Assembly (NCBI GenBank): GCA_014359355.1 | Contig: JACIZP010000257.1 | Span: 1 to 46,909 of the forward strand | Length of the DNA stretch: 46,909 nucleotides | Reading direction: 5' to 3' | DNA from: Calditrichota bacterium | GTDB taxonomy: Bacteria > Zhuqueibacterota > Zhuqueibacteria > JANLFK01 > Oleimicrobiaceae | Shown: one piece after another, positions 34,934-44,628 of the stretch | Layout: each line of letters opens with the position of its first letter | Position numbering within the stretch: position 1 is the stretch's first letter | The notes under the pieces: generated by a model | Told to the model about the DNA's origin: nothing | Databases searched by the model: none | What the model saw: the letters and a program-made list of their open reading frames with translations, nothing else | Position numbers and translations under genes: made by a program

Positions 34934-36187
34934 ATGGGCAAGACTTTCGCGGAAAAGGTCCTGGGACGCAAAGCAGGAAAGGAAGTGGTAGCAGGCGAAA
35001 TCGTGGAGGTCACTCCCGACGTAGCCATGAGCCACGACAACACCGCTGCCATTGCCAAGACCTTCTACAGCATCGGCGTGGAGAAAGTCTACAACCCGGA
35101 CATGCACGTGGTCATCTTGGACCATTGCGTGCCGGCAGCCAACGAAAAGTTCGCGCTGAACCACAAGGAGGTGCGCGAGTTCGTGGCCAGGCAGGGGATC
35201 ACCCACTTTTACGACATCCACCGCGGTATTTGCCACCAGGTGTTGCCGGAAGAGGGCTTTGCGCTTCCTGGGGAACTCATTGTGGGCAGCGATTCGCACT
35301 CGACCACCTACGGCGCGTTCGGCGCCTTCGCTACGGGCATCGGCCGCAGCGAGATGGCGGTCATCTTTGCCACCGGCAAGATCTGGCTGCGGGTACCGGA
35401 GACCATGCGCATTGTGGTGACCGGCGACCTTCCGGAAGGCATCTCTGCCAAGGATGTGATGTTGCACATCATCGGCAAACTCACGGCAGACGGTGCGCTG
35501 TACAAGGCAGTGGAATTCACCGGCCCCACGATCCGGCAAATGAGCATCGCCAGCCGCATGGTTCTCACGAACATGGCTGTGGAAATGGGCGCCAAGATCG
35601 GCTATGTCGAACCCGACGACAAGACCCTGGCATGGCTCGAGGGGCGGGCACGCCGCCCGTTTGAGGTGGTCACTTCCGATCCGGATGCGCTCATCGAGGA
35701 AGAACACGTGTTCGACGTCAGCAACCTCGAACCGATGGTTGCCTGCCCCCACACAGTGGACAACGTCAAACCGGTGCGCGAGGTGAAGGGGGTAAAGGTC
35801 CACCAGGTGTTCTTTGGCTCTTGCACCAATGGGCGCCTCGAGGACTTTGCCGAGGTGGTGAAGGTGCTGCGGGGCAGGCGCATTCACCCCAGTACGCGCA
35901 TGATCGTGATTCCCGCCTCTCAGCAGGTGCTCAAGGAAGCGCTCGCTGCCGGCTACATCGCCGCGCTGGTGGAGGCTGGAGCGGTGATTGTCAACCCTGG
36001 TTGCGGGCCGTGCATGGGCAATCACGAGGGGATCCTGGCCCCGGGCGAGGTGACCCTGAGCACCTCCAACCGCAACTTCAAGGGGCGCTTTGGCTGCAAG
36101 GAAGCGGAAATCTACCTCGCCAGCCCGCGTACCGCAGCGGCAACGGCCCTCACCGGCACCATTACCGATTTCCGCGAAGTGGTCTGA
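34934..36187 (+). CDS. leuC: 3-isopropylmalate (or homoaconitate/methylmalate) dehydratase large subunit, archaeal-type
   Basis: Aconitase-family motifs VAMSHDNT, GSDSHSTTYGAFGAF, GSCTNGRLED, NPGCGPCMG. 417 aa. Confidence 0.9.
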   Translation: MGKTFAEKVLGRKAGKEVVAGEIVEVTPDVAMSHDNTAAIAKTFYSIGVEKVYNPDMHVVILDHCVPAANEKFALNHKEVREFVARQGITHFYDIHRGICHQVLPEEGFALPGELIVGSDSHSTTYGAFGAFATGIGRSEMAVIFATGKIWLRVPETMRIVVTGDLPEGISAKDVMLHIIGKLTADGALYKAVEFTGPTIRQMSIASRMVLTNMAVEMGAKIGYVEPDDKTLAWLEGRARRPFEVVTSDPDALIEEEHVFDVSNLEPMVACPHTVDNVKPVREVKGVKVHQVFFGSCTNGRLEDFAEVVKVLRGRRIHPSTRMIVIPASQQVLKEALAAGYIAALVEAGAVIVNPGCGPCMGNHEGILAPGEVTLSTSNRNFKGRFGCKEAEIYLASPRTAAATALTGTITDFREVV

Positions 36188-36208
36188 AACGCAGGAGAGC
36201 AAGCTGCC

Positions 36209-36706
36209 ATGAGCATAATTCGAGGAAGAGCCTGGAAGTACGGTGACGACGTGAACACCGACGTCATCTTCCCCGGGAAATACACCTACACAGTGACCGA
36301 CCCCAAGGAGATGGCCAAAGTGGCCATGGAAGACCTCGACCCACGCTTTGCGCGCGAAGTACAGCCAGGCGACGTGGTCGTGGGAGGCAAGAATTTCGGG
36401 TGCGGCAGCTCTCGTGAGCAGGCCGCCTTTTGCCTCAAGTACGCCGGCGTGGGCGCGGTGATCGCCAAGTCCTTCTCCCGCCTCTATTTCCGCAACTGCA
36501 TCAACGCCGGCCTTCCGGCCATTCAATGTCCGGAGGCGGTCGAGGCCATCCAGGACGGGCAAAGCGTGGAGGTGGACCTCAAGGCCGGCCTGGTGCGCGT
36601 GGGGAGCAAATCGTTCTCCTTTCCCCCGCTCCCGCCAGAGGTCATCGGCATCTTCGAGGCCGGAGGTCTCATCCCCTTCACGCGCAAACGGCTGGGCCTG
36701 GAGTAA
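36209..36706 (+). CDS. leuD: 3-isopropylmalate dehydratase small subunit
   Basis: [13 protein letters not shown] motif, 165 aa, directly downstream of leuC. Confidence 0.9.
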   Translation: MSIIRGRAWKYGDDVNTDVIFPGKYTYTVTDPKEMAKVAMEDLDPRFAREVQPGDVVVGGKNFGCGSSREQAAFCLKYAGVGAVIAKSFSRLYFRNCINAGLPAIQCPEAVEAIQDGQSVEVDLKAGLVRVGSKSFSFPPLPPEVIGIFEAGGLIPFTRKRLGLE

Positions 36707-37085
36707 ACCACCGAGCGAACTTTACGCGCAGAGCAGGCGAACTGGCGGTCTGCAGCTCCCCCAACTGAATGCGACGGAAGCTCGACCGCCCTTGCTGACT
36801 CTGAGCCAGACGTAGATCGACCAAGCGCCGAACACTGCGGGGCTATTCTTGGACAGGACTTTCCTCACCCTGCGAGCCAGGTCTTGTTTTGAGGATCCTT
36901 GATAACTGGGCTTTCGGGCACAGCCAGGGCAAAGGACGATTCGCGCAGCCACGAGCCCGGGCGGGCAAGGGGAAGTGGAAAGCGCGACCTCATACCCTGC
37001 GTGCCACTCAACTATGCGGATGGGAGGTGGACGCTACATTAGGACGCTCACTGCGTTGGGCATGGATCGCGCTCACACAGGTAAA

Positions 37086-37163
37086 TGGCGGGGCCGACGG
37101 GACTCGAACCCGCGACCTCTGGCTTGACAGGCCAGTGTGCTAACCAAGCTGCACCACGACCCC
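37086..37163 (-). tRNA. tRNA-Asp (anticodon GTC), CCA encoded
   Basis: The reverse complement GGGGTCGTGGTGCAGCTTGGTTAGCACACTGGCCTGTCAAGCCAGAGGTCGCGGGTTCGAGTCCCGTCGGCCCCGCCA folds as a cloverleaf. Anticodon loop CTGTCAA. Confidence 0.9.
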
Positions 37164-37167
37164 GTTG

Positions 37168-37245
<78 letters not shown>

Positions 37246-37252
37246 GCGTCTG

Positions 37253-37558
37253 CTACCCCTGCGACGAGGACGACGAGGTAGGGCCCGGCTGCTCGCTGGG
37301 CCGCTCCCCCTGGTTCTTCCCCCTCCAGATAATTGCAAGTGGCATGATGACACAATAGCCGGCAACCAGAAGGATGGGGGCCACGGTGAGGGTAAGAAAA
37401 CCGTTAACCGGCGGCTGAGCAAGACAGACGTAACCGATGACAATCACCAGCAGCCCCAAGGCCGCAAGGATATAATTGGTCTTGCCCAGAGCGATCCCTT
37501 GTCGCCTGCTCCACGCGTCGCGCCGGCCGCCCTTATGTCGTTTCGCTTCTTTGCTCAT
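37253..37558 (-). CDS. small two-helix membrane protein, DUF3098-like
   Basis: Start MSKEAKRHKGG. Basic N-terminus, then LGKTNYILAALGLLVIVIGYVCLA and a second helix, the pattern I associate with DUF3098. Confidence 0.55.
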   Translation of the reverse strand: MSKEAKRHKGGRRDAWSRRQGIALGKTNYILAALGLLVIVIGYVCLAQPPVNGFLTLTVAPILLVAGYCVIMPLAIIWRGKNQGERPSEQPGPTSSSSSQG

Positions 37559-37978
37559 ATGGCAGGGCAAATATACAGAAAAATATCCTCAATGTCAAGT
37601 GCAAAAAGCCTGTGGATTACAGCGGACGGCGCTCCCAGTGGCGGTAGGGAAACGGGAGGTTTGCGCTACTCCGCAGGCAACTTGCGCACTGGTTTTTGCG
37701 CAAATCCGATGTTTGTGGTACAAGGCGCCCCCCAGACTCATGCCAAAATGCTGCATGACTGCCGCCCCGGGCGCTCGAGTCGCCCATGAGGTTTGGGGAG
37801 CACGGTTGCCCGGGGAAGAAGCCTCAAACCGCGGCGCCATCCTCGTTGGGGTTGGGGTGGCGCAAGGGGGAGCTCCCACCCTTCCTCTCCACGGCCCTCA
37901 AAGATTCTCCTTGCATTTCTCCCTTGCCCTGGTTACCTTTGCCCAGACAAAGCACGAAGCAGATGACCGGAGGCAACC

Positions 37979-38239
37979 ATGTCAGTGTTAGGGTTTTTCG
38001 TTCTGTTGATTGTAGCTGCCATATGTGGCTCCGTGGGCGCCGCGATCGCCGGCTACTCTCGCCGCGGATGTCTCACCAATATCGCCATCGGCCTGATCGG
38101 CGCTTTGATCGGCAGCTGGATGGCGGGAAAACTGCACGCCCCCTTGTTCCTGGTAGTGGAGGGCATCCCCGTGCTCTGGGCGGTGGTCGGCGCCGCCCTG
38201 TTCATGGCCGTCATCGGCGCCCTCAGCGGCAGACGATAG
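37979..38239 (+). CDS. GlsB/YeaQ/YmgE-family (transglycosylase-associated) membrane protein
   Basis: 86 aa. LLIVAAICGSVGAAIAG...NIAIGLIGALIGSWM is typical of the family. Confidence 0.8.
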   Translation: MSVLGFFVLLIVAAICGSVGAAIAGYSRRGCLTNIAIGLIGALIGSWMAGKLHAPLFLVVEGIPVLWAVVGAALFMAVIGALSGRR

Positions 38240-38270
38240 CCCACATTTGCGTCAGCTCGAGGAATAGCCC

Positions 38271-39467
38271 ATGCGTCCACTCTGCTGGATCACATTCTTC
38301 GCTTTGAGCCTGTGCGGGCTCACTGCCACATGGGCCGGTCTCCCGCACGCGCGACCCGAAGAGGTGGGGATGTCCAGCGAACGCCTCGCCCGACTGGACG
38401 AGCTCATCACTCAAGCAGTGACCAAGGGGGAGATACCGGGCGCGGTGGTCCTGGTCATGCGCCACGGCCGTATCGTGGTGCACAAGGCCTTTGGCCATTC
38501 TCAGCTCGTGCCGGAGCGCAAGCCCATGGAAAGAGACATGATCTTTGACCTGGCCTCCATGACCAAGCCAGTGGCCACCGCCACCTCGGTGATGATCCTG
38601 GTGGAACAGGGCAAACTCCGCCTGCACGACAAGGTAAAGACCTTCGTCCCCGAGTTCACCCCCTTCGTCGACGACAAGGGGGCGCCGGCTGAGGACGCCT
38701 GCGTGTGGCATCTGCTGACCCACACCTCAGGTCTTCCCCCCTATGCCAATGCCGACAGCGTTGCGCGCCGCTTCGGTCGCCCCTGTCCCACAGACTCGCT
38801 GGTTGCCTACATCGCCAAGCTCAAGAAGCTCAATGCACCCGGCAAGGAACTCCACTACAGCTGCCTGGGCTTCATCACCTTGGCCCACATTGTGCACCAG
38901 GTCTCCGGCCAGCCTCTTGACCAATTCGCCGACGAGCACATTTTCCGGCCTTTGGGCATGAAGAGCACCGCCTTCTGTCCCGGCAAGGAGCTTCTGCCGC
39001 GGGTCGTCCCCACCGAGGTGGTGGACGGCGCGCCCTTGCACGGCGTGGTGCACGATCCCTTGGCGCGCTTGCAGGGCGGTGTTTCGGGCAATGCGGGACT
39101 CTTTTCCTCTGCGGAAGACCTCGCCATTTTCGCCCAGATGATGCTCAACCAGGGGCACTATGCAGGCGTGCGCATCCTCAGCCCTTTGACCGTGCGCCTG
39201 ATGACCTCTGTCTATCCCGAAGTGCCACAGGCTGGCCGTGGCCTGGGCTGGGACATCAGCAGTGCCTACGCCTCAAACGGCGGGGACCTTTTCGCTGGCG
39301 GCTACGGCCACACGGGCTACACCGGCACTTCCATCTGGATCGACCCCGCCACTGACGCAGCGGTCATCTTGCTGACCAACCGCGTGCACCCCAAGGACGT
39401 AGGCAGCGTGGTGCGTCTGCGCAGCCTCGCGGCAAACGTCGTGGCCGGGGCAATCGTCGGGCCGTAG
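38271..39467 (+). CDS. serine hydrolase of the beta-lactamase/transpeptidase fold (class C-like)
   Basis: Signal peptide, SxxK motif in LASMTKPVAT, C-terminal GHTGYTGTSIWIDP. 398 aa. Confidence 0.85.
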   Translation: MRPLCWITFFALSLCGLTATWAGLPHARPEEVGMSSERLARLDELITQAVTKGEIPGAVVLVMRHGRIVVHKAFGHSQLVPERKPMERDMIFDLASMTKPVATATSVMILVEQGKLRLHDKVKTFVPEFTPFVDDKGAPAEDACVWHLLTHTSGLPPYANADSVARRFGRPCPTDSLVAYIAKLKKLNAPGKELHYSCLGFITLAHIVHQVSGQPLDQFADEHIFRPLGMKSTAFCPGKELLPRVVPTEVVDGAPLHGVVHDPLARLQGGVSGNAGLFSSAEDLAIFAQMMLNQGHYAGVRILSPLTVRLMTSVYPEVPQAGRGLGWDISSAYASNGGDLFAGGYGHTGYTGTSIWIDPATDAAVILLTNRVHPKDVGSVVRLRSLAANVVAGAIVGP

Positions 39468-39478
39468 CTGCAGCGCCC

Positions 39479-40084
39479 TCATTCGGCCAAAGCCCAGAAG
39501 TGGAATGGGGGCGCGGGGAAGCGGTCAATGGCCTTCAAGTAGCGACCCGGCCGGAACAGAAACGCCGGCCCCCGCTTCACCTCCTCGCCGTTCACCTTGG
39601 TCACGGCGTATGAGGCGCCGAAGTAACGATCGCCGTTCTGCACCGGGGTGATTGCGAAGCAGATCTCGTAGATGATGGTGGTATCCGGCGCGAAAAAGGT
39701 GTACGTGTAGCGCTCGCCCCCTCGGACCGTAGTCCTGAACAACAACTCATCGAGAATCCGGCCGGCACCGGTGTCCACCCGGGCAAAAAAGAGGCCCTCC
39801 TCCGTCTCCCGCACTGCGAAGAATTCCCCCAAAGGCAGGTACTCTCTGCCCTGCAGCATTACCGGTTGCCCGATCTGCCACACCACCGTTTCCACCATGC
39901 GGGCCGCTCCAGGTAGGCTGTCATAGATTGCATGGCGATATGCCCAGGATGCGCCCACCGCAAGAGGCAGAAGCCTGGTTCCCGAGGGAAGCGTTTCCGG
40001 AACCTCGGTGGGCCACTTCTCTGCGCAGCAAATGAAGACCATGCCGGCGGCGAACCCTACCAGCAAAATTTTCCGCGCAGACAT
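39479..40084 (-). CDS. hypothetical lipoprotein
   Basis: Signal/lipobox MSARKILLVGFAAGMVFICC. 201 aa. No family recognised. Confidence 0.55.
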   Translation of the reverse strand: MSARKILLVGFAAGMVFICCAEKWPTEVPETLPSGTRLLPLAVGASWAYRHAIYDSLPGAARMVETVVWQIGQPVMLQGREYLPLGEFFAVRETEEGLFFARVDTGAGRILDELLFRTTVRGGERYTYTFFAPDTTIIYEICFAITPVQNGDRYFGASYAVTKVNGEEVKRGPAFLFRPGRYLKAIDRFPAPPFHFWALAE

Positions 40085-40217
40085 TGCTCATGCCCTCCCC
40101 AAATTGTACCGAATATGCGGCCGTCTCTGGAGGCTGCAAGAAAACGACGAACGTAGCCCACACCCGATGCACGCTATGGCCAGACGAGCAGCCCCTGAGA
40201 ACTTTGCCCCAATTGAG

Positions 40218-42101
40218 CTACGTCCTCTTTTCCTCGTCCCTCTTCTTGCCAAACTCCGGGTCCAAAGGGAGCAGCGTCACAATGATGAACCCGGGGATGG
40301 TGCAGAGCAGCACCCAGAGGAAGAACTTTTCGTAGCCAATCAGCTCCTGTATCCACCCGCTGATCATGCCGGGCAACATCATGCCCAGCGCCATAAAGCC
40401 GGTGGCGATGGCAAAATGGGCCGTCTTGTACTCCCCCTCTGCGATGTAAATCATGTAGAGCATGTAGGCCGTGTAGCCAAAGCCGTACCCGAACTGTTCG
40501 GTCGCCACGCACAGATTAATCAGCAGAAAGTTGTCCGGCAGATAGTGCGACAAATAGACGTAAACCACGTCAGGCACGTTGATGGCCAGCACCATCGGCA
40601 GAATCCACTTCTTGAGGCCGTCCCGCGCCACTAAGAAGCCACCGAGAATGCCCCCTAACGACAGCGCCAACAACCCCACGGTGCCGTAGACAAAGCCCAC
40701 CTGTCCGGTGGTCAAAGCAAGCCCGCCTGCCTCCTGGCTGTCCAAGAGGAACGGGGAGGCGATTTTCACCAACTGGGCCTCGGCGAGCCGATAGAGCAGC
40801 AATAGCGCCAGGGCAATGCCGATCTGCTTCTTGGTGAAGAAGGTGGCAAAGGTGCGGGCAAAGTTGGCCAAGAAAGGCCTGAGGCCACCGGTCCGACGCG
40901 GCACATCGGCCTTCGGGTAGGGCAGCACGAAGCGATGGTAGACCATGAACAGCAAGAAGAGGGCCCCGAGCCCGGCAAAGGTGAGCGTCCAGGACAGGCG
41001 GACGTTGCCGGCGCGCGCCACAAATCGCGCAGAACTCGGCGTGCGCAGCTTAGGATCAAGCTGAATCACCGCCACCGCCGGTTGCGCCCAGTTGTCGCTG
41101 GTGAACTCGAACCTACCCCCTTCGACCAAAGAGATGCTCTTGTCGCCACCCTCCCGGCCAAAGTGCACCACCACGCTCTTGCCCGCCGGCGGCGGACCCG
41201 ACAGATGCAGCCAGACCAGCCCGACGTTCCCCGCGACGGTCTGGCCGCTCTGGCCTGCGGAGCGCGAGCCGAACACCGCCACAAATGCCGCGGCCACCCT
41301 TCTGGCCACATGCCGCTGCCACCACGAGGGGTGTTGGGCCCGTGCTGCCTGCCGCTGCTCGGCAACCGCGCTGGCTGTCGGTTGCCGCCGGGTGTTCCAC
41401 TGGCGCGCGCGAGCGATGAGCTCATTGACCTCCGCCGGCGCTCGGGTCTGCAAGCCGATGGCCAAAGTATCGGGCCTGACGATGATCCGCAGCTGTCCTT
41501 CGGTCGGAGCGACTGTGCTGTCGGCCCAGATGACCTCCGCCCCTGCGCGGGTGGCCAGCACCGGCACCTCCACTGGCCGCAAGCCCGTGTGGCTCTCGAT
41601 GTAGCCCGCCACAATCACCAACAAGCCCTGACCGGTGAGCATCGCAAACCGGTAGAAGGTGCTGCGAATGCCCACGAACCACGCCTGCTGGTGTTGGCTC
41701 AGGCCCAGCATGTAGAAGCCATCTGCCGCAATATCGTGCGTGGCAGAACTGAAGGCCAGCAGCCAGAGGATGGCCAACGTCACCTTGAAAAAGTTCGGCA
41801 ACGGGATAGCCAGCGCCATCGAGGCCAGGGCCGCGCCAATGACCAGTTGCATGAGGACGATCCACATGCGCTTGGTCTTGATAATCTCGACCACCGGGCT
41901 CCACAGCGGCTTGATCACCCATGGAAGGTAGAGCCAGCTCGTGTAGAGGGCTATCTCGGCGTTGGACATGCCCATGCGCTTGTAGAAAATCACCGATACG
42001 GTCATCACCACGATGTAGGGGATGCCCTCGGCGAAGTACAGACTGGGCACCCACAGCCACGGCGAGCGCCCCTTCTTCTGCGCGGTCTCTTGCTCTGTCA
42101 C
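40218..42101 (-). CDS. AmpG-like MFS transporter with a large central insertion
   Basis: N-terminal WLWVPSLYFAEGIPY and LYLPWVIKPLWSP motifs are typical of AmpG/PAT-type MFS proteins. 627 aa, with a non-hydrophobic segment of about 195 aa between the two six-helix halves. Confidence 0.75.
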   Translation of the reverse strand: MTEQETAQKKGRSPWLWVPSLYFAEGIPYIVVMTVSVIFYKRMGMSNAEIALYTSWLYLPWVIKPLWSPVVEIIKTKRMWIVLMQLVIGAALASMALAIPLPNFFKVTLAILWLLAFSSATHDIAADGFYMLGLSQHQQAWFVGIRSTFYRFAMLTGQGLLVIVAGYIESHTGLRPVEVPVLATRAGAEVIWADSTVAPTEGQLRIIVRPDTLAIGLQTRAPAEVNELIARARQWNTRRQPTASAVAEQRQAARAQHPSWWQRHVARRVAAAFVAVFGSRSAGQSGQTVAGNVGLVWLHLSGPPPAGKSVVVHFGREGGDKSISLVEGGRFEFTSDNWAQPAVAVIQLDPKLRTPSSARFVARAGNVRLSWTLTFAGLGALFLLFMVYHRFVLPYPKADVPRRTGGLRPFLANFARTFATFFTKKQIGIALALLLLYRLAEAQLVKIASPFLLDSQEAGGLALTTGQVGFVYGTVGLLALSLGGILGGFLVARDGLKKWILPMVLAINVPDVVYVYLSHYLPDNFLLINLCVATEQFGYGFGYTAYMLYMIYIAEGEYKTAHFAIATGFMALGMMLPGMISGWIQELIGYEKFFLWVLLCTIPGFIIVTLLPLDPEFGKKRDEEKRT

Positions 42102-42140
42102 CTACTCCTCGTCTGCTGAGGTCTCAAGCACCGTTCCGGC

Positions 42141-43346
42141 TCAAGGCAGCGTCTCCAACACCTCCTTGATGCGCACGAACGCCCAGTCGATGTCCTTCTT
42201 GGTAATGACCAGCGGCGGCGCAAAGCGGATGACATGCTCATGGGTCTCCTTGCACAACAGGCCCTTCTTCTGCAATGCCTCGCAGAAGCGCCGTGCGCCC
42301 CCTGCCTGCGGATGAAGCTCCACGCCGATGAGCAGTCCCTTACCCCGCACCTCCTTGACGTGCTTGCTGTTGATGGTGCGGAGCTTTTCCATGAAATAAG
42401 TGCCCATCTTGAAGGCGTTCTCCGCCAAACGCTCCTCGACGATGACCCGCAATGCCTCCCTGGCGACCGCACAGGCGAGAGGATTGCCGCCGAAGGTAGA
42501 GCCGTGCTCGCCTGGGGTGAACACGCCGAGCACCTCCCTCTTGGACAGGACCGCCGACACTGGATAGAACCCTCCGCTCAGCGCCTTACCGATGGTGATG
42601 ACATCCGGCTTGATCCCCTCGTGCTCGTAGGCGAAGAGCTTGCCGGTCCGGCCCAACCCTGTCTGGATCTCGTCAAGCATCAAGAGTACATTGTGCGCGC
42701 GACAGATCTCCGCCGCCTGGCGCAGATAGCCCACCGGCGGCACGATGATGCCTCCTTCGCCCTGGATGGGCTCCACCAAGAAAGCCACGGTGTTTCTGTT
42801 GATGGCCTTCTCCAAGGCGCGCGCATCCCCGTAGGGGATAATCTTGAAACCCGGCGTGAAGGGGCCGAACCACTGGCGGTAGAGCGGCTCGGTGGAAAAG
42901 CCGACGATTGTGGTCGTGCGTCCGGCAAAGTTGTTCTCGCAGACAATGATCTCGGCCTTGTCTTTCTTCACGCCCTTCTGCGTGTAGCCCCATTTGCGCG
43001 CCGCCTTGATGGCGGTCTCCACTGCCTCGGCGCCGCTGTTCATGGGCAGCACCATGTCAAAGCCGGTGAGCTCGCAGAGCTCCTTGCAGAAGAGGCCGAG
43101 TTGGTCGTTGCGAAACGCGCGTGAGGTGAGGGTGAGCCTGCCGGCCTGGCGCGTCATCGCCTTGACCAGGCGCGGGTGACAGTGTCCCTGATTGAGGGCA
43201 GAATAGGCGCTGAGAAAGTCGAGGTACTGATTGCCCTCTACATCGTAGACCCAGATGCCTTTTCCCTTGGTGAGGACGACGTCCAGTGGGTGGTAGTTGT
43301 GCGCCCCGTACTGGTCCTCGATCCGGATCAGCTCCTCTGTCTTCAT
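42141..43346 (-). CDS. rocD: ornithine--oxo-acid aminotransferase (class III PLP aminotransferase)
   Basis: Start [25 protein letters not shown] follows [44 protein letters not shown] (PLP lysine). Confidence 0.9.
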   Translation of the reverse strand: MKTEELIRIEDQYGAHNYHPLDVVLTKGKGIWVYDVEGNQYLDFLSAYSALNQGHCHPRLVKAMTRQAGRLTLTSRAFRNDQLGLFCKELCELTGFDMVLPMNSGAEAVETAIKAARKWGYTQKGVKKDKAEIIVCENNFAGRTTTIVGFSTEPLYRQWFGPFTPGFKIIPYGDARALEKAINRNTVAFLVEPIQGEGGIIVPPVGYLRQAAEICRAHNVLLMLDEIQTGLGRTGKLFAYEHEGIKPDVITIGKALSGGFYPVSAVLSKREVLGVFTPGEHGSTFGGNPLACAVAREALRVIVEERLAENAFKMGTYFMEKLRTINSKHVKEVRGKGLLIGVELHPQAGGARRFCEALQKKGLLCKETHEHVIRFAPPLVITKKDIDWAFVRIKEVLETLP

Positions 43347-43390
43347 CCAGTCTCCTTTCGGCTGTTCCAACTCTTGCACACCCGTTGGCA

Positions 43391-43419
43391 AAAATACAAC
43401 AAATGCCAGCAATTTGCAA
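43391..43419 (-). promoter_or_regulatory. candidate sigma-70-type promoter for rocD (TTGCAA-17-TATTTT)
   Basis: The minus strand reads TTGCAA, a 17-nt spacer, then TATTTT, about 45 nt upstream of the rocD ATG. Confidence 0.4.
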
Positions 43420-43557
43420 ACGCAATCTTGGGCGCAAAAGTGGCACGCCTTGGCCGCAGCTTGTGCCCCGCTCGCCCGCATTTCCCGTGTTCGTGTGGTC
43501 AGGGCGGAAGCGACACCGGAGGTTTGCCTGGCGGACCTGCCGAGATGCTCAAAATCC

Positions 43558-43586
43558 TTGACTATTGCCCACGGATTTCCTAAATT
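43558..43586 (+). promoter_or_regulatory. candidate sigma-70-type promoter (TTGACT-17-TAAATT) firing into the ORF-free region and cassettes
   Basis: TTGACT at 43558..43563, a 17-nt spacer, then TAAATT at 43581..43586. Confidence 0.3.
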
Positions 43587-44166
43587 GTTCGCGAAACGGC
43601 GAGCGAGACCAGCATGGGAAGTTGCGCGGCGAGGGGACGCACCGCGCGGAGGTCAGCTAATCCTGCAGACGTTTCAGAGGGAGGTAAGAGAGGCCACCAC
43701 TCTACACCGAACAACATCTCCCGTTTTCCACGATCTTTCCGCCAGGCGAATCAAGCCGACTGTGCCATGCGCGGGGCAGGGGTCACTGGGACATGACGAG
43801 CAAAGGACAACGACGGTCTGCGCTCATGTTCCTCGCCACGGCGCCCGTGGCGGGAAAAGAGCTATGGAGGCCCGCCCGAGGGGGCAGGGCTGTTAAGGGG
43901 AAGGCAGATAGGGGGCTTCGCGACGGGAAGGGCAACTCTCAGTGTGCATTGAGACTTGGGCCAAGAGGATGAGTGGGTCTTGTCTGGAGGAGAGATGCGA
44001 AGCCGGGGTTGTCTCTAAACCACATAAAGAGTAGTTAGCCGCGGGGGAGAAATCGCGGGGCACGTAAAGGGAATACCGATACAGGGGTTGGTCGGTCGGT
44101 GCAATAACGTGGGGGTTGAGCCGGAGGCAGGCAAACGGCCGTGTCCCGGCGCGCGAAGGAGAAAGC

Positions 44167-44230
44167 GTCTAACCCGCCGCTGCAGCCGACGCCGCCTGCG
44201 GCGGCGCCGCTCAGTCGCAGGCCGTTAGCG
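44167..44230 (+). repeat. integron attC-like recombination site (64 bp), copy 1
   Basis: GTCTAAC (RYYYAAC-type inverse core) ...CAGCCGACGCCGCC-TGC-GGCGGCGCCGCTC... GTTAGCG (GTT core). An imperfect long hairpin with a bulged A, same length and layout as copy 2. Confidence 0.6.
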
Positions 44231-44261
44231 GCTTTCTAACAACGAGGGTTCAAAGCAGGCG

Positions 44262-44579
44262 ATGTCAAAGAAGGTTTACGAGCGAGCCATCACCAGTTGG
44301 CCCGAAGAAGATCGGCCACGAGAAAAGCTACTCAAGTACGGCGCGCACATCTTGAGCAACGACGAGCTTTTGGCCATTCTCATCCGCACGGGCGTGGAAG
44401 GCTCAAGCGCCGTTGACCTGGGCCGCGAACTGCTGCGCCGGTTCAAGACCCTGCGCGCACTCAGCGCCTGCGATCCAGCCGAATTGCGCGAGATCAAGGG
44501 CCTGAGCACCGCCAAGATCGCCCAGATCAAGGCGGCGGTGGAATTGGGGCGGCGGGCGCTATTTCAGTTTTGCCGATGA
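44262..44579 (+). CDS. RadC/UPF0758 N-terminal (helix-hairpin-helix) fragment lacking the JAB domain
   Basis: WPEEDRPREKLLKYGAHILSNDELLAILIRTGVEGSSAVDLGRELL...LREIKGLSTAKIAQIKAAVELGRRA is collinear with RadC N-termini. The ORF then stops (..LFQFCR*) where the JAB/MPN domain should begin. Confidence 0.65.
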   Translation: MSKKVYERAITSWPEEDRPREKLLKYGAHILSNDELLAILIRTGVEGSSAVDLGRELLRRFKTLRALSACDPAELREIKGLSTAKIAQIKAAVELGRRALFQFCR

Positions 44580-44628
44580 GGGACTGATCGAGGAATATCA
44601 GATGCAGGCTATTCGGTGAGGTTGTCTT

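Noticed and set aside
43913-43965. tmRNA-like 5' end (GGGGGCTTCGCGACGGGA...GTGCAT, compared with GGGGCTGATTCTGGATTCGACGGGA...GTGCAT in E. coli ssrA).
   Set aside because: There is no tRNA-like 3' end (T-arm plus CCA) within the next 400 nt, no tag-peptide reading frame ending in an ..ALAA-type sequence, and no pseudoknot series.
43482-44166. Degraded integron integrase (intI) expected to the left of the cassettes.
   Set aside because: My manual translation of the minus strand across about 43561..44160 showed only short stop-riddled peptides with no tyrosine-recombinase boxes (no RHxxAT or HxxxxY-like segments). A frameshift-aware profile search would be needed to be sure.
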